Shown in pieces: positions 29,801-38,952 of a stretch of DNA of 64,000 nucleotides (position 1 is the first letter of the stretch; each line of letters starts with the position of its first letter). Source of the DNA: an uncultured Planctomycetota bacterium (lineage in GTDB: Bacteria; Planctomycetota; PLA2; JAEUHO01); NCBI GenBank assembly GCA_963752285.1, contig CAVVXN010000004.1, positions 1-64,000 of the forward strand, read 5' to 3'. The position numbers and the translations under genes were made by a program. Below the pieces are notes generated by a model. The model worked only from the letters and a program-made list of their open reading frames with translations. It was not told where the DNA came from and did not search any database.

Positions 29801-32766
29801 TGGTGAGCCTCCGAGGTCCCGCTCTCGGCGAGGCGCGGATGCGGGTTCCGCACGCGCGCGAGGTAGGTGACGTTCGGCCGCACGTTCAGCTCCTCCAGGA
29901 CGCGGTAGCCGAGGGGAGAGGACTCGAGACGGTGCACGACGCTCGCCTTGTCGTTCCGGTCGCCGAAGAAGATCGACCGGGTCGGGCAGGCCTGCTGGCA
30001 GGCCGTCTGGATGCTCCCGTCCGGGATCGGCGTGCCCGCGTTCTCCGCGACGAACTTCACCGCGTTGATGCGCTGGATGCAGAAGGTGCACTTCTCCATC
30101 ACCCCGCGCGACCGGACGGTCACCTGGGGGTTGTAGCGCAGCTCCTGGACCGGCGCCTCGAGGTTTCGCTTCGTGAAGTTGTAGAAGTTGAAGCGCCGCA
30201 CCTTGAACGGGCAGTTGTTCTCGCAGTACCGCGTGCCGACGCAGCGGTTGTAGACCTGCTCGTTCAGGCCTTCGGGGCCGTGCACGCTGGCGTTGACCGG
30301 GCAGACGTTCTCGCAGGGCGCGTTGTCGCACTGCTGGCAGAGCATCGGTTGATGCGAGACCTTCGGGTTCGCCGGGTCGCCCGCCTCGTACCGGTCGATG
30401 CGGAGCCACATCATCTCGCGGTTCCGCTCGACCTCGTCCTTCCCGACGAAGGCCACGTTGTTCTCGACCTCGCAGGCCACCGCGCAGACCCCGCAGCCGA
30501 TGCAGGTCGCCAGGTCGATGGCCATGATCCACTTGTGGCCCTTCTCGTAGTCGTAGGGCGACGTGTACATCTCGGCGAGCGAGGGCCGCTCGCGGCCCTC
30601 CTTCACGAACTCGGGGTTCCGCTCGAGGTCGGCCTTCGTGCCGTCGATCACGATCTCGCGGTGCTCCTGCTCGAACGCCTTCTGCGTTCGCGAGAGGAGG
30701 TAGGGGTCGCCGCCCTGCGGCGAGAGCTTCGCCCCGTGGGCGATCCAGGGCGTCGGACCGAGGCCGGCGAGCGGGGTCACGTCGAAGCCGGCGCCGTTCC
30801 CGAGCCCCGCCCCGACGCGCCGGCCGAGGCCCATCGAGACGACGACGGTGTCGGGCGCCGTGCCAGGCACCGCGATGGCCGGGAGATCGACGTGCGCGTC
30901 GTTCACCGCGACGCGTACCCAGGCGCCCTTGGTGAGGCCGAGTCGCGCCGCGGTCGAGGGCGCGAGCGCGGCGTAGTTGTCCCAGACGACCTTGGTCGCC
31001 GGCTCGGGCAGCTCGAGGAGCCAGGGGGCGCTCGCGAAGCGCCCGTCGTGGACGGTGTGGTGGGGCTGCAGGACCAGGTCGAAGCCCTCGGACGGCGCCG
31101 CGGGCGCCTGCCGGATCGTCTCCTCGGCGCGCGCGCGGGAGAGCGACGGCGGCGCGGCGCGGACGGCTTCGCCGACCCAGCCGACGCGGAGCGCGTCGTT
31201 CCAGGTCCGGACCGCGCCGCCGCCCGCGCCGATCACCTCGCGCTCCCATCGCTCGCGGACCAGGTCGTGGAAGTCCTGGGCGTCCTTGACCGCCGGGTCG
31301 TCGGGGCGCAGTGCGCGCGTCCAGGCGAGCAGCGAATCGGCCTCCTGCCGCCCCTCGAAGAGGGGCGCGATGAGCGGCTGACAGATCGAGTGGAGGCCGG
31401 CGCCGGGGGCCCGGTCGTTCCACGACTCGAGATTGTGGGCGCTCGGGAGCGCGAACGTGGCCGCGGAGAGTGTCTCGTCCTTCGTGAGCCCGTGGGCCAC
31501 GGTCAGCTTCGCCTTCGCGAGGTGCGCCTCGAAACCCGTGCCGGGCGCGTCGTAGACGGGGTTCACGCCGAGGAGGATCGCGACGTCGGGCGCCGCGTCG
31601 AAGGCGCTCGCGAGCGCGGCGGCGTCCGCCGACGGGAGCTGGGGGGGGGCGGTCTCGAAGCGCAGGGTCTTGCCCGGCGCTCCCAGCGCGTCGTTCAGGA
31701 GCGCGACCGCGGCGTGCACGGCCGGGGGCAGGTGCGGGCCCGCCAGCACGACGGCGTCGCCCCGGCGGGCGTGGTCGTGCAGGTCCTCGGCGAGCGCGAG
31801 CAAGACCCGCTCGTCGAGGCCCGACGTCTTCGCCCACGTGGCGGCGGCGCCCGTGTCGCCGCCGACCGCCTTCGTGAGCGCCTGGGCGAGCCCCAGCGCC
31901 AGGCCGGGACGCATCGGGATCCGGTGGTCGGCGTTCGACCCCGTGATCGTCATGCCGCTCTCGGCCACCCAGAGGCGGGAGAGCCGCTCGGCCTTCGGGT
32001 CGTCCAGGACCCGCCGCCGGGCGGCGAATCCGCGGGTGTTCGAGAGGAAGTCGCCGTCCGAGCCGAGGAAGTCGGAGTCGATCGAGAGGACGACCGCGGC
32101 CTCCTCGAAGTCCGGCACCCACACGCCGTCCCGCCCGTAGAGGGCCTTCCACGTCGAGCGGCGCGGGCCGTCGTGGATGCTCTCCCACACGACGTGCTGG
32201 CCGCCGCGCACCGACGAGAGGAAGCGCTTCACCAGGTCCTGCTCGGTCGGACCCAGGGTCGAGCGCGTGACGAGGAGGACGGACGACGCCTCGCGTAGCG
32301 CCTTCACCACCTCCTGGTCCGCCGCCTTCCACTCGACCCGCTTCCCCTGGCGCTCGGGCGCCGCGAGCCGGTCGGGGTCGTAGAGCGTCCACGTGGACGC
32401 CTGCATCGACGACGTGCTCTTGCCGCGGCTCAGGGGATGCGTCGGGAGGCCTTCCACCTTCACGGGCCGGCCGTCCATCGCCTCGACCATCATTCCGTAC
32501 GGCCAGAGGCCGTCCGTGTACGTGGTGGCGTACTCGAGGGACCGGCCGGGCCGCTCGTACTCGGGCATGTCGGACCGCGCCACGATGTGCCGCATCGGCT
32601 TTCGTGTGCAGCCCGCGCCCATCGCCAGCAGCGACGTCGCCGAGAGGAACTTCAACGCGGTCCTCCGCGTGAGCTCGGTGTCCGCGGGAGGGCCCTGGCC
32701 TTCCTCGCGGATGGTCAGCTGCGGCCGCGCCGTTCCAGGGCGGTCATCGGGAGACGGAGGCGTCAT
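29797..32766 (-). CDS. actB: ACIII subunit ActB (molybdopterin-oxidoreductase-like + Fe-S)
   Basis: Tat motif TRRTALK followed by a lipobox Cys; [45 protein letters not shown] and KCTFC motifs. Confidence 0.96.
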   Translation of the reverse strand: MTPPSPDDRPGTARPQLTIREEGQGPPADTELTRRTALKFLSATSLLAMGAGCTRKPMRHIVARSDMPEYERPGRSLEYATTYTDGLWPYGMMVEAMDGRPVKVEGLPTHPLSRGKSTSSMQASTWTLYDPDRLAAPERQGKRVEWKAADQEVVKALREASSVLLVTRSTLGPTEQDLVKRFLSSVRGGQHVVWESIHDGPRRSTWKALYGRDGVWVPDFEEAAVVLSIDSDFLGSDGDFLSNTRGFAARRRVLDDPKAERLSRLWVAESGMTITGSNADHRIPMRPGLALGLAQALTKAVGGDTGAAATWAKTSGLDERVLLALAEDLHDHARRGDAVVLAGPHLPPAVHAAVALLNDALGAPGKTLRFETAPPQLPSADAAALASAFDAAPDVAILLGVNPVYDAPGTGFEAHLAKAKLTVAHGLTKDETLSAATFALPSAHNLESWNDRAPGAGLHSICQPLIAPLFEGRQEADSLLAWTRALRPDDPAVKDAQDFHDLVRERWEREVIGAGGGAVRTWNDALRVGWVGEAVRAAPPSLSRARAEETIRQAPAAPSEGFDLVLQPHHTVHDGRFASAPWLLELPEPATKVVWDNYAALAPSTAARLGLTKGAWVRVAVNDAHVDLPAIAVPGTAPDTVVVSMGLGRRVGAGLGNGAGFDVTPLAGLGPTPWIAHGAKLSPQGGDPYLLSRTQKAFEQEHREIVIDGTKADLERNPEFVKEGRERPSLAEMYTSPYDYEKGHKWIMAIDLATCIGCGVCAVACEVENNVAFVGKDEVERNREMMWLRIDRYEAGDPANPKVSHQPMLCQQCDNAPCENVCPVNASVHGPEGLNEQVYNRCVGTRYCENNCPFKVRRFNFYNFTKRNLEAPVQELRYNPQVTVRSRGVMEKCTFCIQRINAVKFVAENAGTPIPDGSIQTACQQACPTRSIFFGDRNDKASVVHRLESSPLGYRVLEELNVRPNVTYLARVRNPHPRLAESGTSEAHQ

Positions 32767-32854
32767 CGCGTACGGATCCTCGACCGGGAGTGTTTCGGTT
32801 CGAATGGCGTCGCGCGGGGGGAGCGGACCGGACGGTGGGTCGCTCCTTGGGGCG

Positions 32855-33448
32855 TCATCGGTGGCACGTGTAGCAGTGGATCGGCGCCCGCGTCTTCTGC
32901 TCGGGCGGCGAGCCGGGCGGCGGCGGCTGCTTGTGGCAGTCGAGGCACCAGCCCATCTTCAAGGAGTGGACCCGGACGACCCGGTCCATCTTCTCGACCT
33001 CGCCGTGGCAGTCCACGCAGCTGAGGCCAGTCTTCGGGTTCAGGTGACGGCTGTGGTCGAAGTACACGAAGTCGGCGAGGTCGTGGACCTTTACCCACGG
33101 GATCGGCTCGTGCTTCGCGTCGTAGTCGAGGAGCTGCTGGACGTTCTCCTTGATCTCGCCGTTGGAGCCCTTGGGCTGGACCTCCTTGTGGCACTTCATG
33201 CACGTGGAAACCGGGGGGATGCCCGCGTGCGCGCCCTTCTCGGCGTTCGTGTGGCAGTAGAGACACGGGATCCGGTACTTCCCCGCCATCACCGAGTGCG
33301 GGAAGTACAGGGGCTGCGCGGGCTGGTAGCCCTCCTCCATGTTCGCCTGCCACAGCGCGTAGGTGCCGAAGGAGCCACCGAGGAGGAGCGAGAAGACGGC
33401 GGTGCCCAGGAAGACTTTGACCCGCCGATCGAACTTGCGCGTGAACAT
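32855..33448 (-). CDS. actA: ACIII pentaheme cytochrome c ActA
   Basis: Five CxxCH motifs (CLYCH, CMKCH, CVDCH, CLDCH, CYTCH) and an N-terminal TM. Confidence 0.95.
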   Translation of the reverse strand: MFTRKFDRRVKVFLGTAVFSLLLGGSFGTYALWQANMEEGYQPAQPLYFPHSVMAGKYRIPCLYCHTNAEKGAHAGIPPVSTCMKCHKEVQPKGSNGEIKENVQQLLDYDAKHEPIPWVKVHDLADFVYFDHSRHLNPKTGLSCVDCHGEVEKMDRVVRVHSLKMGWCLDCHKQPPPPGSPPEQKTRAPIHCYTCHR

Positions 33449-33729
33449 GGTCGCTTGGTCCGCCTCCGCCCGGGGTGCGTGTCGGTCGGTCGGGGCGAGA
33501 GTCCCGGCCGCCCGAGGGTTGGTCCGCGAGCCCTGCCGCGAACGCGCCCCACGAGCCCACCTCGTCCGGTCCCTGCAACCGGAGTGCGGATGGTACGGGT
33601 CGAGGAGGGGCGCGAAACACGAGCCCCCCGTCCGACCGGCCGCGCCCGGTCGGGGGGGGCGCCGCCGACCTCGCCCCCGTCCCGGACGCGGCCCTCCGAG
33701 GACCCGCGGTCCGGTGCGAAACTCCACGA

Positions 33730-34107
33730 ATGCGCACGCTCCTCGCGACTCCGCTCCTCCTCCTGTCCCTCGCGCTCCTCCCCCTGGCGCTCCTCGCCGG
33801 GGGCCTCGGCGGCTGCTCCTCCCGATCGGACGGGCCCGGCGACGCGGCCTGGCACCCGAAGGGCGACCACCTCGAGGTGAGCGTCTGGAAGACGTACTGC
33901 GAGGGCTGCCAGATCGAGCTCGAGAAGGAGATCGGGAAGGTGGCGGGGGTGCGCGAGGTGCACGCGGACTGGAAGAAGGGGCTCGTCTCGATCGACCTCG
34001 TCGCCGGCACGGACCGCGCGGCGGTCCTCCCCGAGCTCCGCGAGGCGGTCCACCGGTGCGGGAAGCGCGTGGTGGGGGAGGAAGAGATCCCCAAGACCGA
34101 GGGCTAG
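33730..34107 (+). CDS. Lipoprotein with heavy-metal-associated (HMA/CopZ-like) domain
   Basis: Lipobox LGG-C; YCEGC...EKEIGKVAGV..V.AD motif. Confidence 0.75.
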   Translation: MRTLLATPLLLLSLALLPLALLAGGLGGCSSRSDGPGDAAWHPKGDHLEVSVWKTYCEGCQIELEKEIGKVAGVREVHADWKKGLVSIDLVAGTDRAAVLPELREAVHRCGKRVVGEEEIPKTEG

Positions 34108-34118
34108 CGCCCGTCGGC

Positions 34119-35213
34119 CTACACGACCTCGCGCAGGACCGCGCCCGACGCGAAGCCCGCGCCGAACGCGACGTCCAGCTCCAGGCGCGGGCGCGGGAGC
34201 GCCCCGTTTCGCGACGCGAGGTCCGCGTACGCCAGCGGGATCGAGGCCGCGGACGTGTTCCCGTAGCGGACGATCCCGTCCGCGTACACGCGCCCGGAGG
34301 GGACGCCGAGCCGCTTCGCCACCCGCTCGATGATCCTCAGGTTCGCCTGGTGGGGGATCACGAGGTCCACGTCGCCGATCCCGTACCGGCGACCCGTCGC
34401 GGCCTCGGCCCGGTCGAGCACGGCACGGACCTCGAAGACCATCGCGTCCACCGCGGCCTGGAACACGCGCCGCCCGTCCATGCGCAGGACCTGGACCGCG
34501 CGCCGGCCGCGGCCGGGCCCGTCGAGCGGCCGCGGGCCGTCCGGTCCCGCCTCGGTGTAGAGGAGGTCGCCGTGTCGCCCGTCCGCGCCGGTGTGCGCGG
34601 CGAGGATCCCGCCCGCCGCCACGTCGCCGAGGACCACGGCGCCGGCTCCGTCCCCGAAGAGGACGCACGTGGAGCGGTCGGTCCAGTCGGCGATGTGCGA
34701 GAGCGCGTCGGCCCCGACCACGAGCGCCGCGCGGCCCTCACCGTAGCGGTGCCGCTCGAGCCACATACGGCTCCACACGTCCTCGATCGCGTACACGAAG
34801 CCCGCGCAGCCCGCCTCCACGTCCGCCGCGGCCGAGCCCGCGATCCCGAGGGCGCGCTGCACCTGCGACGCCAGGCTCGGGAGCCGGTTCCACGTGCACG
34901 TGGCCACCCGGACCTCGCCCACGTCCTTCGGAGCCACGCCCGCCGCCGCGAGCGCCTGGCGGGAGGCCTCGACCGCCATCCCGAGGATGCTCTCGTCCTC
35001 GCCGAGTACCCGGCGCGACCGGATGCCCGTGCGCCGGCGCACCCAGGCGTCGTCCGACGGCACGAAGCGCGCGAGGTCGGCGTTGCTCCAGGCCGTCGCC
35101 GGGAGGCAGGCGCCCGTGCCGAGGATGCCGATCCGGAACGCGCCGGCCGCGCCGCTGCGGGCGGGACGGGCGGGTCGGACCGCGACCCGGTCGCTCTTGC
35201 CCCGAGAGACCAT
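34119..35213 (-). CDS. fabH: 3-oxoacyl-ACP synthase III (FabH family)
   Basis: Catalytic AGCAGF, PHQAN and GNTSAAS; RTGIRSRR; LFGDGAGA. Confidence 0.9.
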   Translation of the reverse strand: MVSRGKSDRVAVRPARPARSGAAGAFRIGILGTGACLPATAWSNADLARFVPSDDAWVRRRTGIRSRRVLGEDESILGMAVEASRQALAAAGVAPKDVGEVRVATCTWNRLPSLASQVQRALGIAGSAAADVEAGCAGFVYAIEDVWSRMWLERHRYGEGRAALVVGADALSHIADWTDRSTCVLFGDGAGAVVLGDVAAGGILAAHTGADGRHGDLLYTEAGPDGPRPLDGPGRGRRAVQVLRMDGRRVFQAAVDAMVFEVRAVLDRAEAATGRRYGIGDVDLVIPHQANLRIIERVAKRLGVPSGRVYADGIVRYGNTSAASIPLAYADLASRNGALPRPRLELDVAFGAGFASGAVLREVV

Positions 35214-35307
35214 GGGGGGATTCTCTCCGAAGGGGGGGCCACGAAGGCCGGCCCGGTCGCGACCGGACGCGTTCGGCCGACGCCCCCCCCGGGTAACCTC
35301 GGTCGGC

Positions 35308-36783
35308 GTGGAGCACCACCTGAGCACGCTCGGGGGCGCCTTGAACGTCCTCGTTCGCGAGGTCTTCGACGAGCTCGACCCGCAGCTCGAGGCCACGGCG
35401 CTCCTCGCCGCCCTCCCCGGGGACGAGGACGCGGGGCCCTCGTACCTGGTGACGTCCGGCGCGACGACGCGCGACCCCGAGGTCCTTCGCCCGCTCGCCG
35501 GCGCCGACGGGGCGGAGCCCGAAGGCGGGTCGGTGGTCCCGGGCGACGGGCCCGCGCGCGAGTGGGTCGCGGCCGACCGGCTGCGGCGCACGGTCGAGGA
35601 GGGGCTGCGGCGCGGCGAGGGTCCGGACGCGCTCCAGACGTTCGTCGGCGCGCCGCGCGGCCTCGGCCCGTACCTCGTCGCGCCCGCGCTCGAGCTCAAG
35701 GCCGGCATCTACCAGGCGTACTACGCGCTCCGCCGGCGGCAGGGCGAGGACGGGGCGCCGCTCGCGTCGTCGCTCCTCGACGCGGCGGTCACGGAAACGC
35801 TCCAGGCGGCCTCCGCGGCGATCTCCGACTACCGCCCGCGCGCCGACGAGTCCACCTCCGCGACCGCCGACGAGATCCTGCGCGCGGCGGGCCGCCGCCT
35901 CATGTGCGTTCCCGCGCACGCCGCGGGCTGCGTGGACGCGTCGCGGTTCTTCCAGGCGTGCGACCTGATCGCGAGCATGCGCTACGAGGGCGGCGAGGGC
36001 CACGGCCGCCTGATCGTCGCCGCGCGCGGCCACCCCGACGTCGAGGTCGTGCTGGAGTTCCACCAGCCGATCGACCTCGAGGACCGTCGCGGCGTGCGCA
36101 AGGTGCTCGAGCTCACCGGCGGCGACCTCTGCCTCCTGACGGACGCCGCGCGCGTGTTCGGGCTCGGGCGCACGACGGGTGCGTACGAGCGGCACGCGGA
36201 GAGCCTCTTCGAGGTCGAGGTGCTGGGGCACGCCACGTGGGAGCTCTCGCACGCCGATGCCGTCCTGATGCGGGTGCAGAACGGGCGCCCGCGCCTCGCG
36301 CGGAGCGAGATCGACGAGGACGAGTTTCGTGGGGGCCTCTCGCGGGCCTTCGGGCACGTCGAGCCGCGGCGCTTCGAGCGCCTGCTCGCGATCGCGATCC
36401 TGGCGATCCACCAGCGCCGCGGGACGACGGTGGTCGTGTCGGACGGCGCCCAGGCGGAGGCGCTCCGCCTCGGGAGCCAGGCCCTCAGGATCCGGCCCGT
36501 GCCGCTCTCGCCCGACACCGTCCCGCTCGTCACGGGCATCGACGGCGCCGTGCTCGTCGATCCCGAGGGCGTCTGCCACGCGATCGGCGTGATCCTCGAC
36601 GGCCGCGCGTCGCGCCGCGGCGACCCCGCCCGGGGCGCACGCTTCAACTCCGCCGTGCGGTACGTGGACGGGAGCGAGCACCGCGCGCTCGCCATCGTGA
36701 TCTCGGAGGAGGGCGGCGTGGACCTCATCGGTCCCGCCGTCGCGGCGCGGGCCCCGCCCGCCGCGAGCCCGGACACGGCGTGA
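35308..36783 (+). CDS. DisA_N/DAC (diadenylate cyclase-like) domain protein with N-terminal sensor region
   Basis: IDGAVL and GDPARGARFNSA...VISEEG motifs; start uncertain. Confidence 0.8.
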   Translation: MEHHLSTLGGALNVLVREVFDELDPQLEATALLAALPGDEDAGPSYLVTSGATTRDPEVLRPLAGADGAEPEGGSVVPGDGPAREWVAADRLRRTVEEGLRRGEGPDALQTFVGAPRGLGPYLVAPALELKAGIYQAYYALRRRQGEDGAPLASSLLDAAVTETLQAASAAISDYRPRADESTSATADEILRAAGRRLMCVPAHAAGCVDASRFFQACDLIASMRYEGGEGHGRLIVAARGHPDVEVVLEFHQPIDLEDRRGVRKVLELTGGDLCLLTDAARVFGLGRTTGAYERHAESLFEVEVLGHATWELSHADAVLMRVQNGRPRLARSEIDEDEFRGGLSRAFGHVEPRRFERLLAIAILAIHQRRGTTVVVSDGAQAEALRLGSQALRIRPVPLSPDTVPLVTGIDGAVLVDPEGVCHAIGVILDGRASRRGDPARGARFNSAVRYVDGSEHRALAIVISEEGGVDLIGPAVAARAPPAASPDTA

Positions 36784-36897
36784 CGCTCGGGGGGACGCTC
36801 CTGGACCTCGCGGACGGGGCCCGCTTCGCGATCAGGCTCGCGCCCGCGGGCGGCGGAACGCCGCGCCGCGGGCACGGCCGCGCGCAGGACGGGGTTC

Positions 36898-37950
36898 CTA
36901 CCCGTTCGCGTGCGGACAGGAGGGGCAACCGCCCTCCTTCTTCGCCGGCCTGTCCGAGGGGCACGCACCGCCGGGGCAGCCACCCGAGTTCGGGCAGCCC
37001 CCCGACTTCGGGCAGTCGCCCGACTTCGGGCAGTCGCCGCAACCGCCGCCGTCGCCGCAGTGCCCGCCGCAGTGTCCGTCGCAGTGCCCGGCGCAGCCGC
37101 CGCACGCCCCGTCGCAGCCGCCGGCGCAGGGGCAGCCCGCGCACGCGGCCTCGGCGCGCTTCGCGGCGGTCGCCATCACCTTCTCGAAGCCGTCCGTGCC
37201 GACGAGCTTGGCGAAGTCGGGGCTCGCCTTCGTGCGGGCGAGGAGCGAGGCGAGGGCGCGGGGCGGGCAGGCCTGGAAGGCCGTTTCGAGCGTGCCGTTC
37301 GCCGCGACCCCGTCGCCGAGCCGCGCGTGCACGCGCGCGAGCTCGTAGCCGAGCGCGACGTCCTTCGCGTCCGTCTCGGGGAGCGTCGCGAGGTCCGCCT
37401 TCACCGCGTCCGACTTCCCGAGCCGTGCCCACGCGAGGTCCAGCTCCACCCGGACGGACGTGTCCTTCTGGCCCTCGCGAAGGCCGTCGAGGAAGGCCGC
37501 GGCCTCCTGGTCCTTCCCCATCTCGAGCAGCGTGTCGCCCACGAACGCGGCCGTGGACGCGGTGTCGGCCTTCTCGAAGGCGGCGCGGTCGAGCGCGAGC
37601 GCGTTGTTCCAGAGCTTCGCGTGGTGATAGAAGCCGTGGAGCTGGCCCACCTCGTTCTGCCAGGCGCAGCTCGGCTCGTCGTCCCGGACGGCCTTCTCCA
37701 GGTCGAGGACGTGGCCGAGCATCTTCGCCTGCCGCGTGATCGCGGCGTCGTCCGGATGGGCGGCGGCGAGGGCCACGTACGCGTCGTGCGCCTCGACGAT
37801 CTTGCCCTGTTCGAAGAGCGCGCGCGCCTGGGCGGCCGGGTCGGTCGGCGGCGGCGAGGCCGTGTCGGCGGCGAGCAGGCTCCGGGCGCCGAGGCCCACG
37901 GCGAGCACGGCGACGAGCGCAGCGGCGAGAACGGCGAGGCGTCGGGACAT
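36898..37950 (-). CDS. Secreted TPR-like protein with Cys/Gly-rich tail
   Basis: Signal peptide, helical repeats, and 17 Cys in the last ~82 aa; GGAG RBS. Confidence 0.8.
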   Translation of the reverse strand: MSRRLAVLAAALVAVLAVGLGARSLLAADTASPPPTDPAAQARALFEQGKIVEAHDAYVALAAAHPDDAAITRQAKMLGHVLDLEKAVRDDEPSCAWQNEVGQLHGFYHHAKLWNNALALDRAAFEKADTASTAAFVGDTLLEMGKDQEAAAFLDGLREGQKDTSVRVELDLAWARLGKSDAVKADLATLPETDAKDVALGYELARVHARLGDGVAANGTLETAFQACPPRALASLLARTKASPDFAKLVGTDGFEKVMATAAKRAEAACAGCPCAGGCDGACGGCAGHCDGHCGGHCGDGGGCGDCPKSGDCPKSGGCPNSGGCPGGACPSDRPAKKEGGCPSCPHANG

Positions 37951-38142
37951 GGGGTCTCCTCCCTGGGTCTTGGACGGGTTCGGGACCGACGGAGTCTACG
38001 AGGGGAGGCGGCAGCCGACGTCACGACCGGGGGGACGTCGGCCCCGCCCCCCCTCGCGCCTATGCTCCGCATCGTGAACGCCGATCCGGCCGATCCGTGC
38101 GATGTCGCCGCGGCGGCCCCCCGGGGGGACCCGACCGCGTGG

Positions 38143-38952
38143 GTGACCCACGTGGACACCCTCTTCGTCGTCGGCGCGCCCCGCAGCGGGACGACGTGGG
38201 TCCGGCGCCTGCTCCTCGACCTTCCGGGGGTCGTGGGCGGCGTCGAGTCCCACTTCTTCACCGCGCTCGGCCCGGCGCTCGTGAGCTACGACCTGACCGC
38301 GGCCTCCACACGTCGGATCGGACTCTCCCAGTACGTCCCGCGCGACGAGCTCGTGGGCGAGATCCGCCGGCTGTGGGGGCGCTGGATGGGCCCACTCGTG
38401 ACGGCCGCGCCGGACGCGCGCGTCCTCGTCGAGAAGACGCCCGGGCACGCGCTCCTCCTCGATCAGATCGTGGACGTCCTGCCCCGTTCGCGCTTCGTGC
38501 ACGTCGTTCGCGACGGACGGGCGGTCGTCGCGTCGCTCCTCGCGGCGGCCGAGGGGTGGGGGAAGGAGTGGGCGCCTCGTCGCACGCGGCACGCCGCGCG
38601 GCTCTGGGTGAAGCACGTCGAGGCCGCCCGCGCGGCGGGCGCCCGCCTCGGGCCCGAGCGGTATCTCGAGGTGCGCTACGAGTCGCTCCACGCCGACGCC
38701 GCGGCGCGGCTCCGGGAGATCGCGCGCTTCGCGGGGATCGAGGCCTCGGACGAGCAGGTCGCCCTGGCCGTCCGTCGCCACGACGCCGAGAACGTGCGCG
38801 CGGGGCAGGGGGGGGACGACTGGGCGGCCGAGCCGAAGGGGTTCCTCGGCGGGGCGACCCCGGAGGGCTGGCGTCGCCAGCTCACCTGGAGCCAGCGCGC
38901 GACCGTGTGGCGGCACGCGCGCCACGTGCTCCGGTCCCTGGGCTACCGGTGA
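38143..38952 (+). CDS. Sulfotransferase family protein
   Basis: PAPS-binding GAPRSGTT, EKTP, HVVRDGRAVVAS and VRYESL motifs; start uncertain. Confidence 0.9.
   Translation: MTHVDTLFVVGAPRSGTTWVRRLLLDLPGVVGGVESHFFTALGPALVSYDLTAASTRRIGLSQYVPRDELVGEIRRLWGRWMGPLVTAAPDARVLVEKTPGHALLLDQIVDVLPRSRFVHVVRDGRAVVASLLAAAEGWGKEWAPRRTRHAARLWVKHVEAARAAGARLGPERYLEVRYESLHADAAARLREIARFAGIEASDEQVALAVRRHDAENVRAGQGGDDWAAEPKGFLGGATPEGWRRQLTWSQRATVWRHARHVLRSLGYR

Noticed and set aside
33571..33590. Sigma-54 promoter for the act operon (minus strand CCGCACTCCGGTTGCA)
   Set aside because: Lacks the invariant GG at -24.
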